Positions 13,822 through 26,739 of a DNA stretch of 64,000 nucleotides are shown here, piece after piece. Origin of the DNA: Octopus sinensis. Taxonomy: Eukaryota. The stretch is from contig NC_043024.1 of assembly GCF_006345805.1 (NCBI RefSeq), positions 11,656,001 to 11,720,000 on the forward strand, read 5' to 3'. The notes under the pieces were generated by a model. That model had not been told where the DNA came from. It did no database searches and was given only the letters and a program-made list of their open reading frames with translations. The position numbers and the translations under genes are program-made. Position 1 is the stretch's first letter. Each line of letters starts with the position of its first letter.

Positions 13822-13965
13822 CTTTAATTGCATTCCTGCATTCCATTCTGGTGCATCCCACAATACCAAGTTTTCCGCAGAAGCAAGTGTTACATTCACT
13901 TTTGAAAGTGTCGCCCGCTTTGTAAATCTGGCCATTGTGATGACAAATGTCTTTGGTGGGGGATG
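13822..13965 (-). CDS. Gene A exon 3, pacifastin-like domain A2 (ASPTKDICHHNGQIYKAGDTFKSECNTCFCGKLGIVGCTRMECRNAIK)
   Basis: pyrimidine tract + ttgcag| acceptor, |gtaaag donor, 144 nt phase 1-1, six-Cys motif. Confidence 0.92.
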
Positions 13966-14120
13966 CTGCAATGGAAAAGAATAAAAGATGACCCCGTTGT
14001 TCAAATGTTGTTTTTACTTGGGGTGCTGATTGGTCCCTGAAGGAAAAAAAATCTGTTGCCAGACGCTCCGAGGCTGCTTGTCTCTAAGCCCCTGCTGCCA
14101 GCTTAGAAAAGGGACATTAA

Positions 14121-14140
14121 ATGATTGATGGTGATAATAT

Positions 14141-14172
<32 letters not shown>

Positions 14173-14192
14173 GTGCTGATGATGGCGATGGC

Positions 14193-14226
<34 letters not shown>

Positions 14227-14555
14227 GCGATGGCGATGATGATGATGCTGACGATGATGATGATAATGATGATGATGATGATGATGATGATGATGGCGAT
14301 GGCGATGATGATGATGATGATGATGATGACGGTGATGATGATGATGATGATGACGGTGGTGAATATGATGATGATGACGACGATGATGATGATGATGATG
14401 ATGATGATTGTGATGATGATGACGATGACGATGATGATAATGATGATGCTGACGATGATGATGATGGTGATGATGATCAGAATGATTGTGATGATGATGA
14501 TGATGATGTCGATGATGATGGCAATGATGCTGACGATGATGATGATGGCGATGGC

Positions 14556-14590
<35 letters not shown>

Positions 14591-14625
14591 CGGTGATGAT
14601 GCTGATGATGACAATGATGATGGTG

Positions 14626-14657
<32 letters not shown>

Positions 14658-14753
14658 GATGATGGTGATGATGGTGATGGTGATGATGATGATGATGATG
14701 ACGGTGATGATGATGATGGTGATGATGACGGTGGTGATGATGATGATGACGAC

Positions 14754-14784
<31 letters not shown>

Positions 14785-14812
14785 GCAATGATGCTGACGA
14801 TGATGATGATGG

Positions 14813-14849
<37 letters not shown>

Positions 14850-15112
14850 AGCAATGATGATGATGATGGTGATGATGATCAGAATGATTGTGATGATGAT
14901 GATGATGATGATGACGATGATGATGATGATGATGATGCTTATTATTATGATTATGATGATCATGATCACGATCATGATGCCGATGGTGATGATGATGATG
15001 ATGATGATGATGATGGCAATGATGATGATGGCAATGATGATGGTGATGATGATGACGATGATGATGATGATTATGGAAATAATGCCCACGGTGCCACCGA
15101 TGATGACATAAT
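14121..15112. repeat. ~1-kb degenerate (GAT)n tract with internal duplicated blocks
   Basis: poly-D/M/H/I ORFs in multiple frames; gatgatcagaatgattgt recurs near 14475 and 14876. Confidence 0.95.
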
Positions 15113-15480
15113 GACTCTAAAATTTTAGGAGATTGAGCAAGCAGTGAAAATTTCAATGTGGTCGTCTTACTTCCTAGAAACTGCAGCTAAATCTTATACC
15201 CCTTCTCTCTTAAACCCTTTCACTTTCAGATTATTCTGTCAAATGTTATGATTATTTATTCGCATTTTCGAAAAACTAATCATCCATTAAGTCATCATTG
15301 CAAAATTTTGATAATGGCGTAGGAGTGGCTTTGTGGTAAGTAGCTTGCTTACGAACCACATGGTTCCGGGTTCAGTCCCACTGCGTGACAACTTGGGCAA
15401 GTGTCTTCTACTATAGCCTCGGGCCGACCAAAGCCTTGTGAGTGGATTTGGTTGACGGAAACTGAAAGAAGCCCATCATA

Positions 15481-15540
<60 letters not shown>

Positions 15541-15597
15541 ATATATATATGTATGTATATATGTATATATGTATATATATGTATATATGTATATATG

Positions 15598-15640
<43 letters not shown>

Positions 15641-16140
15641 TTGTCTGTGTTTGTCCCCCCAACATCCCTTGACAATCGATGCTGGTGTGATTACGTCCCT
15701 GTAACTTAGCAGTTCGGCGAAAGAGACCGATAGAATAAGTACTAGGCTTACAAAAGAATAAGTCCTGGGGTCGATTTACTCGACTAAAAGGCAGTGCTCC
15801 AGCATAGCCACAGTCAAATGACTGAAGCAAGTAAAAAGAGTAAAAAAAAAAAAGTGTAAAAAAGTGTAGGGGGTCGATGTGAGGCCAAAGGAGTCATCGA
15901 TGAAGCTACGGGGTCACGCTATGTGCATTACCTGCAATGCACCCTCCAGCAACAATAATTGCAGCTTGACCAGCCTTTACGCCAACACAATTGTTTCAGT
16001 CAGAGATGATGACCTGTCCGGGATCAGCGACACAGAGGTGGGAACCAACAGCCCCTGTGCCACTGCTACAGATGATGAGCAAATCATTATCCTTGACACT
16101 CTTAGAGTGACCAACCCTGTACCGTATATTACCAGCAGTA

Positions 16141-17116
16141 AGGTGGCAAGCTGGCAGAAACGTTAGCATGCTGGGTGAAATGCTTAGCGGTATTTCGTTT
16201 GCCGTTAGGTTGTGAGTTCAAATTCCGCCGAGGTCGACTTTACCTTTCATTCTTTCGGGGTCGATTAAATAAGTACCAGTTACGCACTGGAGTCAATATA
16301 ATCGACTTAATCCGTTTGTCTGTCCCTGTTTGTCCTCTCTGTGTTTAGCCCCTTGTGGGTAGTAAAGAAATAGGTATTTCGTCTGCCGCTACGTTGTGAG
16401 TTCAAATTCCGCCGAGGTCGACTTTGCCTTTCATTCTTTCGGGGTCGATAAATTAAGTGCCAGTTACGCACTAGGGTCGATATAATCGACTTAATACCTA
16501 TGTCTGTCCTTGTTTGTCCCCTCTGTGTTTAGCCCCTTGTGGGTAGTAAAGAAATAGGTATTTCGTCTGCCGCTACGTTCTGAGTTCAAATTCTGCCGAG
16601 GTCGACTTTGTCTTTCATCCCTTCGGGGTCGATTAAATAAGTACCAGTTACGCACTGGAGTCGATATAATCGACTTAATCTGTCTGTCTGTCTGTCCTTG
16701 TTTGTCCTCTCTGCGTGTAGCCCCTTGCGGGTAGTAAAGAAATAGGTATTTCGTCTGCCGCTACGTTCTGAGTTCAAATTCTGCCGAGGTCGACTTTGCC
16801 TTTCATCCTCCTTTCGGGGTCAATTAAATAAGTACCAGTTACGCACTAGGGTCGATGTAACCGACTTAATCCGTTTGTCTGTCCTTGTTTGTTCTCTCTG
16901 TGTTTAGCCCCTTGTGGGTCGTAAAGAAATAGGTATTTCGTCTGCCATTACGTTCTGAGTTCAAATTCCGCCGAGGTCGACTTTGCCTTTCATCCTTTCG
17001 AGGTCGATTAAATAAGTACCAGTTATGCACTGGGGTCGATGTAATCGACTTAATCCGTTTGTCTGTCTTTGTTTGTCCTCTCTGCGTTTAGACCCTTGTG
17101 GGTAGTAAAGAAATAG
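16141..17116 (+). mobile_element. SINE family 2 pentamer (one head + five ~185-bp bodies)
   Basis: 17-bp TSD gtatattacca(g/c)cagta at 16124-16140 and 17117-17133; units joined at GGTAT. Confidence 0.85.
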
Positions 17117-17433
17117 GTATATTACCACCAGTACAATGGCCACAGCTAGAGATGATGACCAATCAGAGACAAGCGACACAGAGGAGGTAACCGGCGCTCC
17201 CAGGGCCACCACCACAGATGATGATTAAACATTTATCAGCGACACTGATGGAATGACTGGTCCCGCACGATGTTACCCCCAGCCACACCTGCACTAACAC
17301 TAGCAGCATCATCGCCAACCATATGGCCAGAAACGATAACCACGGTGATATCACCGCTGGGTCATTTTCACGACAACGTCAGCAATGGTGTTACCAATAG
17401 CACCCCCAGGTTCGGAGCCTACCAGAGATATAC

Positions 17434-17847
17434 ATATTTCTTTATTACCCACAAGGGGCTAAACATAGAGGGGAGAAACAAGGATAGACAAATGGATTAA
17501 GTCGATTACATGGACCCCAGTGCGTAAGTGGTGCTTAATTTATCGACCCCGAAAGGATGAAAGGCAAAGTCGACCTCGGTGGAATTTGAACACTGAACGT
17601 AACGGCAGCCGAAATACCTATTTCTTTACTACCCACAAGGGGCTAAACACAGAGGGGACAAAGAAGAACAGGCATAGGTATTAAGTCGATTACATCGACC
17701 CCAGTGCGTAACTGGTACTTAATTTATCGACCTCGAAAGGATGAAAGGCAAAGTCGACCTCGGCGGAATTCGAACACTGAACGTAACGGCAGCCGAAATA
17801 CCGCTAAGCATTACGGCCGGCGTGCTAACGATTCTGCCAACTCGCCG
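17434..17847 (-). mobile_element. SINE family 2 dimer
   Basis: 12-bp TSD ccagagatatac at 17422-17433 and 17848-17859. Confidence 0.85.
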
Positions 17848-18211
17848 CCAGAGATATACCAAGCGTATGAATATAGCTGCCTCCCAAGTTTGTAAATATA
17901 TTGGATCAGCTTCCATAACCAACAGTCATCCTTCAGAGTCCCAGAAAAACGTTTTGTCACGTCTCTAGCCAGCAATGTATGGCACCTCAAAGATCAAGAG
18001 AGCCCATGTGATATCAGGTGGAAAATAATAGAACATCCCAGCCCAAGGCGCAGGAGTGGCTGTGTGGTAAGTAGCTTCTTTACCAACCACATGGTTCCGG
18101 GTTCAGTCCCACTGCGTGGCACCTTGGGCAAGTGTCCTCTTCTATAGCCTCAGGCCGACCAAAGCCTTGTGAGTGGATTTGGTAGATGGAAACTGAAAGA
18201 AGCCCGTCGTA

Positions 18212-18259
<48 letters not shown>

Positions 18260-18606
18260 TGTAGGAGTGGCTGTGTGGTAAGTAGCTTGCTTACAACCAC
18301 ATGGTTCCGGGTTCAGTCCCACTGCGTGGCACCTTGGGTAAGTGTCTTCTACTATAGCCTTGGGTCGACCAAAGCCTTGTGAGTGGATTTGGTAGACGGA
18401 AACTGAAAGAAGCCCGTCGTATATATGTATATATATATATATAGGCGCAGGAGTGGCTGTGTGGTAAGTAGCTTGCTTACCAACCACATGGTTCCGGTTC
18501 AGTCCCACTGCGTGGCACCTGGGTAAGTGTCTTCTACTATAGCCTTGGGCCGACCAAAGCCTTGTGAGTGGATTTGGTAGACGGAAACTGAAAGAAGCCC
18601 GTCGTA

Positions 18607-18650
<44 letters not shown>

Positions 18651-19171
18651 TGTGTGTGTTTGTGTGTCTGTGTTTGTCCCCCAAGCATTGCTTGACAACC
18701 GATGCTGGTGTGTTTATGTCCCCGTTAATTAGCGGTTCGGCAAAAGAGACCGATAGAATAAGTACTGGGCTTACAAAAGAATAAGAACCCGGGGTCGAGT
18801 TGCTCGACTAAAGGCGGTGCTCCAGCATGGCCGCAGTCAAATGACTTAAAACAAGTAAAAGAGTAAAGAGTAAAGAGTATATATTAATGGGAGCAGCTGT
18901 TGCGAAATCTGCATCGCAGAGGGAACCAAAATTCGTTAGGACTAGGGTAAACCTGACCCGATGAATAACTGTAGAGAAATTTTCTCTAAATGTGTCCATT
19001 TCAAGCGCTGCCTACCGGAAAATTGCTCCTTCCCGTTTGCTGTAAAGTTTTTTAATCCTCTGGTCCTAGGGAGATAAAACGTCCTCATTAACGTTTTTAT
19101 ATGTTAGCCGTTAAATCTCATTATCTTAGCATTTCTTCACGTCCGCATGGTTGAAAGTTATATTTTGTCTT

Positions 19172-19219
<48 letters not shown>

Positions 19220-19956
19220 TCTGTGTTTGTCCCCCCAGCATCCCTTGCTGGTGTGATTACGTCCCCGTAACTTAGCGGTTCGGCGAAAGAGACCGATAGA
19301 ATAAGTACTAGGCTCACAAAGAATAAGTCCTGGAGGAGTCGATTTACTCGACTAAAAGGCGGTGCTCCAGCATGGCCACAGTCAAATGACTGAAACAAGT
19401 AAAAGAATATGTATGTGTATGTTTGTGTGTCTGTGTTTGTCCCCCTGACGATCCGTCCACAAGGCTGTGGCTTTCGTGGGTACGAAACCATTGGTAGCTC
19501 TATGTTACGTGTAGTTTCGTTCTCGACGGTGGTAGACAATTGTAATGAAGCCATTGTTATTGTTTTACGTGTTTATTTACTTTACATGTTACACGGACTG
19601 TCAACATTCAGCGTAGTAATACATATATACTTTAGACACAATTCGGACTGTTTACCAACAAAATAGTGCCAAAAGTGGGGATGTATTCTACGCACGTATG
19701 CCTACGTATACACATAGATATGAGTGTGTAACACTCTATGACTAGAATTTAACTATTTTTAAAAATATATACAGGGTGCAGGAGTGGCTGTGTGGTAAGT
19801 AGCTTGCTAACCAACCACATGGTTCCGGGTTCAGTCCCATTGCGTGGCATCTTGGCAAGTGTCTTCTGCTATAGCCCCGTGCCGACCAATGCCTTGTGAG
19901 TGGATTTGGTAGACGGAAACTGAAAGAAGCCTGTCGTATATATATTATATATATAT

Positions 19957-20007
<51 letters not shown>

Positions 20008-20504
20008 TTGTGTGTCTGTGTTTGTCCCCCTAGCATTGCTTGACAACCAATGCTGGTGTGTTTACGTCCCTGTAACTTAGCGGTTCGGCACAAAGAGACT
20101 GATATAATAAGTACTGGGCTTACAAAAGAATAAGTCCTGGGGTCGATTTGCTCGACTAAAAAAGGCGGTGCTCCAGCATGGCCGCAGTCAAGTGACTGAA
20201 ACAAGTAAAAGAGTAAAGAGTAAGAGGTGCGGCAGAAAGGGGGCCCCAATGTCAAAGGTTGATAAAAAAACAAACGCACGAAGAAGCATGAAAAATCTTT
20301 GTATTTCTGTGAAGTTCATTAGATGCCATTTTTTTTTAGTCTGTTTCGGGTGGTTCCCTCCATGGCCTGGAATGGAGAACATCGGTAATATGTTGTTGAA
20401 AAGTTTGTTTTTCCTTGTATCTTCATGTGTTTGATTTTTTATTAACCTTTGGCATTGGGGCAACCCTTCTGTCGCACCCTGTACACACATACACACACAC
20501 ACGC

Positions 20505-20750
20505 AAGAATTTGTCTTATGAAGAAAGGCTGAAGACGCTCGACCTTCATTCTCTAGAAAAACGACGACGCCGTGGTGATCTCATTCTTGCTCACAACATC
20601 ATAAGTGGAAAGTGTAACCTCTCGAAAGAGCTGTTCTTCACTCCTGCTCCAGAGCGTCGGCTGCGGGGTCACTCCGAAAAGCTCTACCTGCGACGATTTC
20701 ATCTCAATTGAAGGAGAGGGGCTTTCTCTGTCCGGGTTGCGATCCATGGA
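20505..20750 (+). mobile_element. CR1-like LINE 3' fragment
   Basis: LSYEERLKTLDLHSLEKRRRRGDLI..RLRGHSEKL motif. Confidence 0.8.
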
Positions 20751-21639
20751 ATAACCGATGCTGGTGTGTTTACGTCCCCGTAACTTAGCGGTTCGGCAAA
20801 AGAGACCGTAGAATAAGTACTAGGCTTACAAAGAATAAGTCCTGGGGTCGATTTGCTCGACTAAAGGCGGTGCTCCAGCATGGCCACAGTCAAATGACTG
20901 AAACAAGTAAAAGAGTAAAAGAGTAAAATGCTTAGTGGCATTTCATCTTTTTTTACGTTCTGAGTTCAAATTCTGCTGAGGGCGACTTTGCCTTTCGTCC
21001 TTTCAGGATTGATAAAATAATTACCAGTTAAGGACTGGGGTTGATGTAATCGACTTAACCCCTCCCCTGAACTTTCTGGCCTTGTGCCAAAATTTGAAGC
21101 CAATATAAGACTAAGCCTGAAATTGCTTCCATCTAGCTGGGAGGTACAAAATAGGGGTCAAGTATTGATATGAATTTAATAGTTTGATAAAGCATTCTCG
21201 ATCTGAATGGAGTTATTACACTAGGTAACAAAATTTTGATTTTTTTTCTATCTTTGGGACAGTAAGCATTATTTCTTATGTGCTTCTGTCTACAAATCAA
21301 AGGATATGACTACTATTCCCTTCACACTTTGCTTTTGTCATCTGGACATCAATGTTTTGAAACTGACCTATTTTCCATTACATTTCTGATTCAGTACTGA
21401 GTTGCTGAAGCAGAAATAGCGTTATAGTAAATATTCTGCTCAATAAAACAGATTTGCTTGTTGTCTTCGGTCAGAAAGTGTTATTTTCTATTTGCTTCTC
21501 TCTAGAAATCACACGAAATCATTACTATTCCCTTCAAATTTTGCTTTTGTGACCTGGACATCAATGTTTTGAAACTGGTCTATTTTCCATTACATTTCAG
21601 ACAGATTCAGCACAGAGTTGCTGAAGTAGAAATATCGTT

Positions 21640-24600
21640 ATAACAAACTAGCACTATGACCCGGCAACGCCGGGTCGTAATGCTAGTGCATGCATATACA
21701 GCTGCGTGTGTGCGCACATACACGCGAGTACTGTCCAAATCTTCGACCAATCACATACAGGTAGCTGACATTCAATTGGCGTATCAAGTTTCGTGCATTT
21801 TGATTGGGTTTTGGATAGAAAATTCACAAAAAAGTCACTTCTATTGATTTTTTAATGGCTTTGCGGAGTGACTAGGGAAATGTAAAGATGTGCACGACCA
21901 CCCTTGGACGGTTTTGAATGACCATAGAAAGTGCGAGCCCTCTAACTGAAAAATAGTAGATTTGTATAAAGGACACACACAGAGATATTTTGCCGTTTAT
22001 ATATATAGAGATAAATGGCTTTGCGGAGTGACTGGGGAAATGTAAAGATGTGCACGACCACCCTTGGACGGTTTTGAATGACCATAGAAAGTTAGAGGGC
22101 TCGAACTGAAAAATTGTGGATTTGTATAAAGGACACACACAGACAGACATTTTGCCGTTTATATATAGAGAGATATTCTGCTCAATACCACAGATTTATC
22201 CCTTGCTTGAACTTAACCACTTGAGCATGTCCTTTAACAGTTGACAATATGTTCATCTCTAATCATGAACAGGAGTATTGGGGGGAGCATCATAGCGATA
22301 TGTTGAGAGGGATTCTTTGCGGTTTGAATAAATATCGTAACAAAAATAAAGTTTAAAGGAAATCTTTGCCATTTTTCATACTTTCTAAGAAGAAGCAAAT
22401 AGGAAATAATGATTGCTACCCAAGGATAGAAAACCGTGTTACACAGTGTAATTTCACTTCTTGCAAAGGAATTGAAAGATTTGAAACATGTGATGTGTTG
22501 CTCCCTTCATATGTAGCACCCTGGGTACCTGGTCCAGTGGCAGACATCTTCGGCCTGCTCCGTGTATATAATACAGGGAAGGGTTGGTTGATGGACAGAA
22601 GTTTTTCAATTTAGGCTGACAATATGTGCACCTCTGATCATGAACAGGAGTAGTGCGGGAGCATCATGGCCATGTGTTGAGAGGGATTCTTTGGGGTTTG
22701 AATAAATATCGTTACAAAAGCTAAGTTTGCAGAAATATTAACCATTTTCATACTTTCTAGGGAAATAGCAATTGGTAGCCAAGAACAATAATCGTATTAC
22801 ACAGTATAATCTCTCTATATATAAAGCTGAAGTTGTCTGTGTGTGACAGGTTTGGTAGCCTTCAACTAACACTATCTCCTCCAAGATCCTGCGGCGCAAG
22901 TTGACCAAAATTGAGAGTATGATAGAAGAAGGCTTGCTCTTCATTCCGTAGAAGAAAAAATTCAAGTTGGACCATGTTAACACCAAAAATTATTTACATC
23001 AAAATTTCGTGCATTTTGATTGGATAGAAAATTCACAAAAAGTCACTTCTATTGATTTTTTTAAATGGTTTTGCGGGGTGACTGGGGAAATGTAAGATGT
23101 GCACGACTACCCTTGGACGGTTTTGAATGACCATAGAAAGTTAGAGGGCTCGAACTGAAAAATTGTGGATTTGTATAAAGGACACACACAGACAGACATT
23201 TTGCCGTTTATATATAGAGAGATATTCTGCTCAATACCACAGATTTGTCCCTTGCTTGAACTTAACCACTTGAGCATGTCCTTTAACAGTTGACAATATG
23301 TTCATCTCTAATCATGAACAGGAGTATTGGGGGGAGCATCATAGCGATATGTTGAGAGGGATTCTTTGGGGTTTGAATAAATATCGTAACAAAAATAAAG
23401 TTTAAAGGAAATCTTTGCCATTTTTCATACTTTCTAAGAAGAAGCAAATAGGAAATAATGATTGCTACCCAAGGATAAAAACCGTGTTACACAGTGTAAT
23501 TTCACTTCTTGCAAAGGAATTGAAAGATTTGAAACATGTGATGTGTTGCTCCCTTCATATGTAGCACCCTGGGTACCTGGTCCAGTGGCAGACATCTTCG
23601 GCCTGCTCCGTGTATATAATACAGGGAAGGGTTGGTTGATGGACAGAAGTTTTTCAATTTAGGCTGACAATATGTGCACCTCTGATCATGAACAGGAGTA
23701 GTGCGGGAGCATCATGGCCATGTGTTGAGAGGGATTCTTTGGGGTTTGAATAAATATCGTTACAAAAGCTAAGTTTGCAGGAAATATTAACCATTTTCAT
23801 ACTTTCTAGGGAAATAGCAATTGGTAGCCAAGAACAATAATCGTATTACACAGTATAATCTCTCTATATATAAAGCTGAAGTTGTCTGTGTGTGACAGGT
23901 TTGGTAGCCTTCAACTAACACTATCTCCTCCAAGATCCTGCGGCGCAAGTTGACCAAAATTGAGAGTATGATAGAAGAAGGCTTGCTCTTCATTCCGTAG
24001 AAGAAAAAATTCAAGTTGGACCATGTTAACACCAAAAATTATTTACATCAAAATTTCGTGCATTTTGATTGGATAGAAAATTCACAAAAAAGTCACTTCT
24101 ATTGATTTTTTAAATGGTTTTGCGGGGTGACTGGGGAAATGTAAAGATGTGCACGACCACCTATGAAAATCCCTATTTTTTTACGATTGTTTGACCGCCG
24201 TGTCGCCATTTTTCGGTATATTTCAAACAGAAAAATGTTCACCTAAAGAGAATAACAAGCTACATAATGCAAAACTTTTACTTTTCAAAAATTCCAATTC
24301 TAAAGGGTCGAAACAAACCCGAGCAACGCCGGGCGATACTGCTAGTCTATATATATAAAGCTGAAGTTGTCTGTGTGTGTGTATGGCAGGTTTAGTAGCC
24401 TTCAACTAACACTATCTCCTCCGAGACCCTGCGGCGCAAGTTGACCAAAATTGAGAGTATGATAGAAGAAGGCTTGCTCTTCATTCCGTAGAAGAAAAAA
24501 TTCAAATTGGACCATGTTAACCCCAAAAATTATTTACATCAAAAGATGCTTTTTTTCTATGAAAATACCTATTTTTTTACGATTTTTTGACTGTTGTGTC

Positions 24601-24990
24601 GCCATTTTTCGGTGTATTTCAACCAGAAAAATCTATATATATATATATAAAGCTGAAGTTGTCTGTGTATGGCAGGTTTGGTAGCCTTCAACTAATTCTA
24701 TCTTCTCCGAGACCCTGCAGCGCAAGTTGACCAAAATTGAGAGTATGATAGAAGAAGGCTTGCTCTTCCTTCCGTAGAATTACATCAAAAAGGTGCTTTT
24801 TTTTTCTATGAAAATCCCTATTTTTTACGATTGTTTGACTGTTGTGTCGCCATTTTTCGGTGTATTTCAACCAGAATAATGTTCACTTAAAGAGAATAAC
24901 AAGCTACATAATGCAAAATTTTTACTTTTCAAAAATTCCAATTCTAAAGGGTCGAAACAAACCCGAGCAACGCCGGGCGACACTGCTAAT
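21640..24990. mobile_element. Cluster of non-autonomous Helitron-like elements including a ~1,049-bp tandem duplication and head-to-tail junction
   Basis: identical ORFs 22738-22986 and 23787-24035; hairpin+CTAG|TCTATATATATAAAG junction at 24342-24347. Confidence 0.75.
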
Positions 24991-25084
24991 ATATATATAA
25001 ATAAGAACAGTATAACAAAGATTGATTAGTAGAATGACTGAATGTGAGAATAATTTTCAGTGGAATTTGTGAACAGTGCCATAC

Positions 25085-25210
25085 CTGCATGTATACATGT
25101 CATCTGGGTGCAGAAAGACAGTCCTGTTTCGCCACAGAAACATGTATTGCATTCATCCTTGAATATGTCGCCGACATGGTGAACTTTTCCCTTATGGTTG
25201 CAGACGACAC
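25085..25210 (-). CDS. Gene A exon 2, pacifastin-like domain A1 (GVVCNHKGKVHHVGDIFKDECNTCFCGETGLSFCTQMTCIHA)
   Basis: cgcag| acceptor, |gtatgg donor, 126 nt phase 1-1, six Cys in CNxCxC..G..CTxxxC pattern. Confidence 0.92.
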
Positions 25211-25389
25211 CTGCGAGTATTGGGAACGAAAAAAGGTAGGGTTCAATCAGTAAATGAAATTAATGAATGAATGAAGAAAGGAAGGAATGGAGGAATGATG
25301 GAATGAAGGAATGAAAGAATGGTCAAGAGAAAAAAGGGAAGGAAAGACGGGAGAAAATAAAGGAAGGACAACAGACATATTATTCCTTT

Positions 25390-25655
25390 ATTGAGAGAGA
25401 GGGGGGGAGAGAGATTGAAAGGGGGAAGGAGATTGAGAGAGGAGGAGGGGAGAGAGTGGTGAAAGGGGAGTGTAAGAGAGGGAGAGAGAGATTGAGAGAG
25501 AAATAGAGAGAGAATTAGAGAGAGAAAGACAGAGAGTGGGAAAGAAAGAGAAAAGAAGAAGGAAAGAACGAGAGTGAGAGAGAGAGAATAAAGGAGAGAG
25601 GGATTGAGATAGAAAAAGAGAGAGAAAGGGAGAAAAAAGAGAATCAGAGAAAGAG

Positions 25656-25690
<35 letters not shown>

Positions 25691-26030
25691 GAGAGAAAGA
25701 GAGAGGGTGATAGAAAGATAAGGAGAAAGAGAGAGAGAAAGAGAGTGAGTGATTGAAAGATAAAGAGAAAGAGAGAGAGAAAGAGAGAAAAAGAGAGAGA
25801 GAGTGATAGAAAGATGAAGAGAAGGAGAAGAGAGAGAGAAAGAGAGAGATAGAAAGATAAAGAGAAAGAGAGAGAGAGAAAGAGAGAGAAAGAGAGAGAG
25901 TGATAGAAAGATAAAGAGAAAGAGAGAGAGAATGATAGAAAGAGAAAGTGAGAGTGATAGAAAAATAAAGAGAAAAAGAAAGAGAGATAGATAGAGAGAG
26001 AGAGAGAAAGAGTGAGAGAGAGTGAGAGAG
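25390..26030. repeat. (GA)n-rich purine tract in gene A intron 1 (similar tracts 44740-45200, 45970-46230, 53010-53500)
   Basis: direct inspection. Confidence 0.9.
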
Positions 26031-26065
26031 GGCCTTGAGGTTTTCATTGTGTCCTATCTTCTTAC

Positions 26066-26111
26066 CTGCAGCAGCGGCGACAAGACAGGTGAGAATGGCT
26101 AATTTGATCAT
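26066..26111 (-). CDS. Pacifastin-like gene A exon 1 (signal peptide MIKLAILTCLVAAAA)
   Basis: ATG at 26111, 15 hydrophobic codons +1 nt, then donor G|gtaag (phase 1); TATAAATA about 55 nt upstream. Confidence 0.9.
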
Positions 26112-26139
26112 CTTCCCTCGTTTTCCAGAATAAGACGAC

Positions 26140-26173
26140 GACTGCCTCTGAACGCCGCGCAAACCTATTTATA
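26140..26173 (-). promoter_or_regulatory. Gene A core promoter: TATA box (TATAAATA 26173-26166) and Inr-like GCAGTC near 26143
   Basis: canonical ~30 nt TATA-to-Inr spacing directly upstream of the signal-peptide ATG. Confidence 0.7.
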
Positions 26174-26578
26174 AGGCTCTGTTATCACCCACCTATCGTT
26201 TGCATAGCAAGTTCAATACAAACATGTGATTAAATGAGATATATTTGTTTAAAAAGAGAGCAAATAGAAGAAAAAAATGTAACAAGCAAACAAACAAAAA
26301 ACCAGACACACAGACAGACTTGAATCTAGGCCCAAAAGAAAATTGTTCTGATAAGGATGAGAACTTTAACATCTGCAAATGAAAATATCCACGACTTTGG
26401 GGCAAATTGTAAATTAGGCGCAGGAGTGGCTGTGTGGTAAGTAGCTTGCTTACCAACCACATGGTTGCGGGTTCAGTCCCACTGCGTGGCATCTTAGGCA
26501 AATGTCTTCTACTATAGCTTCGGGCCGACCAAAGCCTTGTGAGTGGATTTGATAGACGGAAACTGAAAGAAGCCCGTC

Positions 26579-26712
<134 letters not shown>

Positions 26713-26739
26713 TTTATTTAAAGCAGCAGAAAATTCAAC

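Larger units (their letters stand above)
15880..18045 (+). mobile_element. Degraded Penelope-like element interrupted by two SINE multimers
   Basis: 17940-18045 reads TSLASNVWHLKDQESPCDIRWKIIEH, matching the GIY-YIG remnant at 28100; host sequence resumes across both TSDs. Confidence 0.5.

Noticed and set aside
14014-15156. Poly-His/Asp/Met/Ile ORFs
   Set aside because: Stop-free trinucleotide repeat open in many frames; lies in gene A intron 2.
25644-26162. 172-aa ORF beginning upstream of gene A's ATG and reading into (CT)n
   Set aside because: Only the 15-codon signal segment is meaningful; the GT donor at 26065 ends the exon and the rest is an intronic microsatellite.
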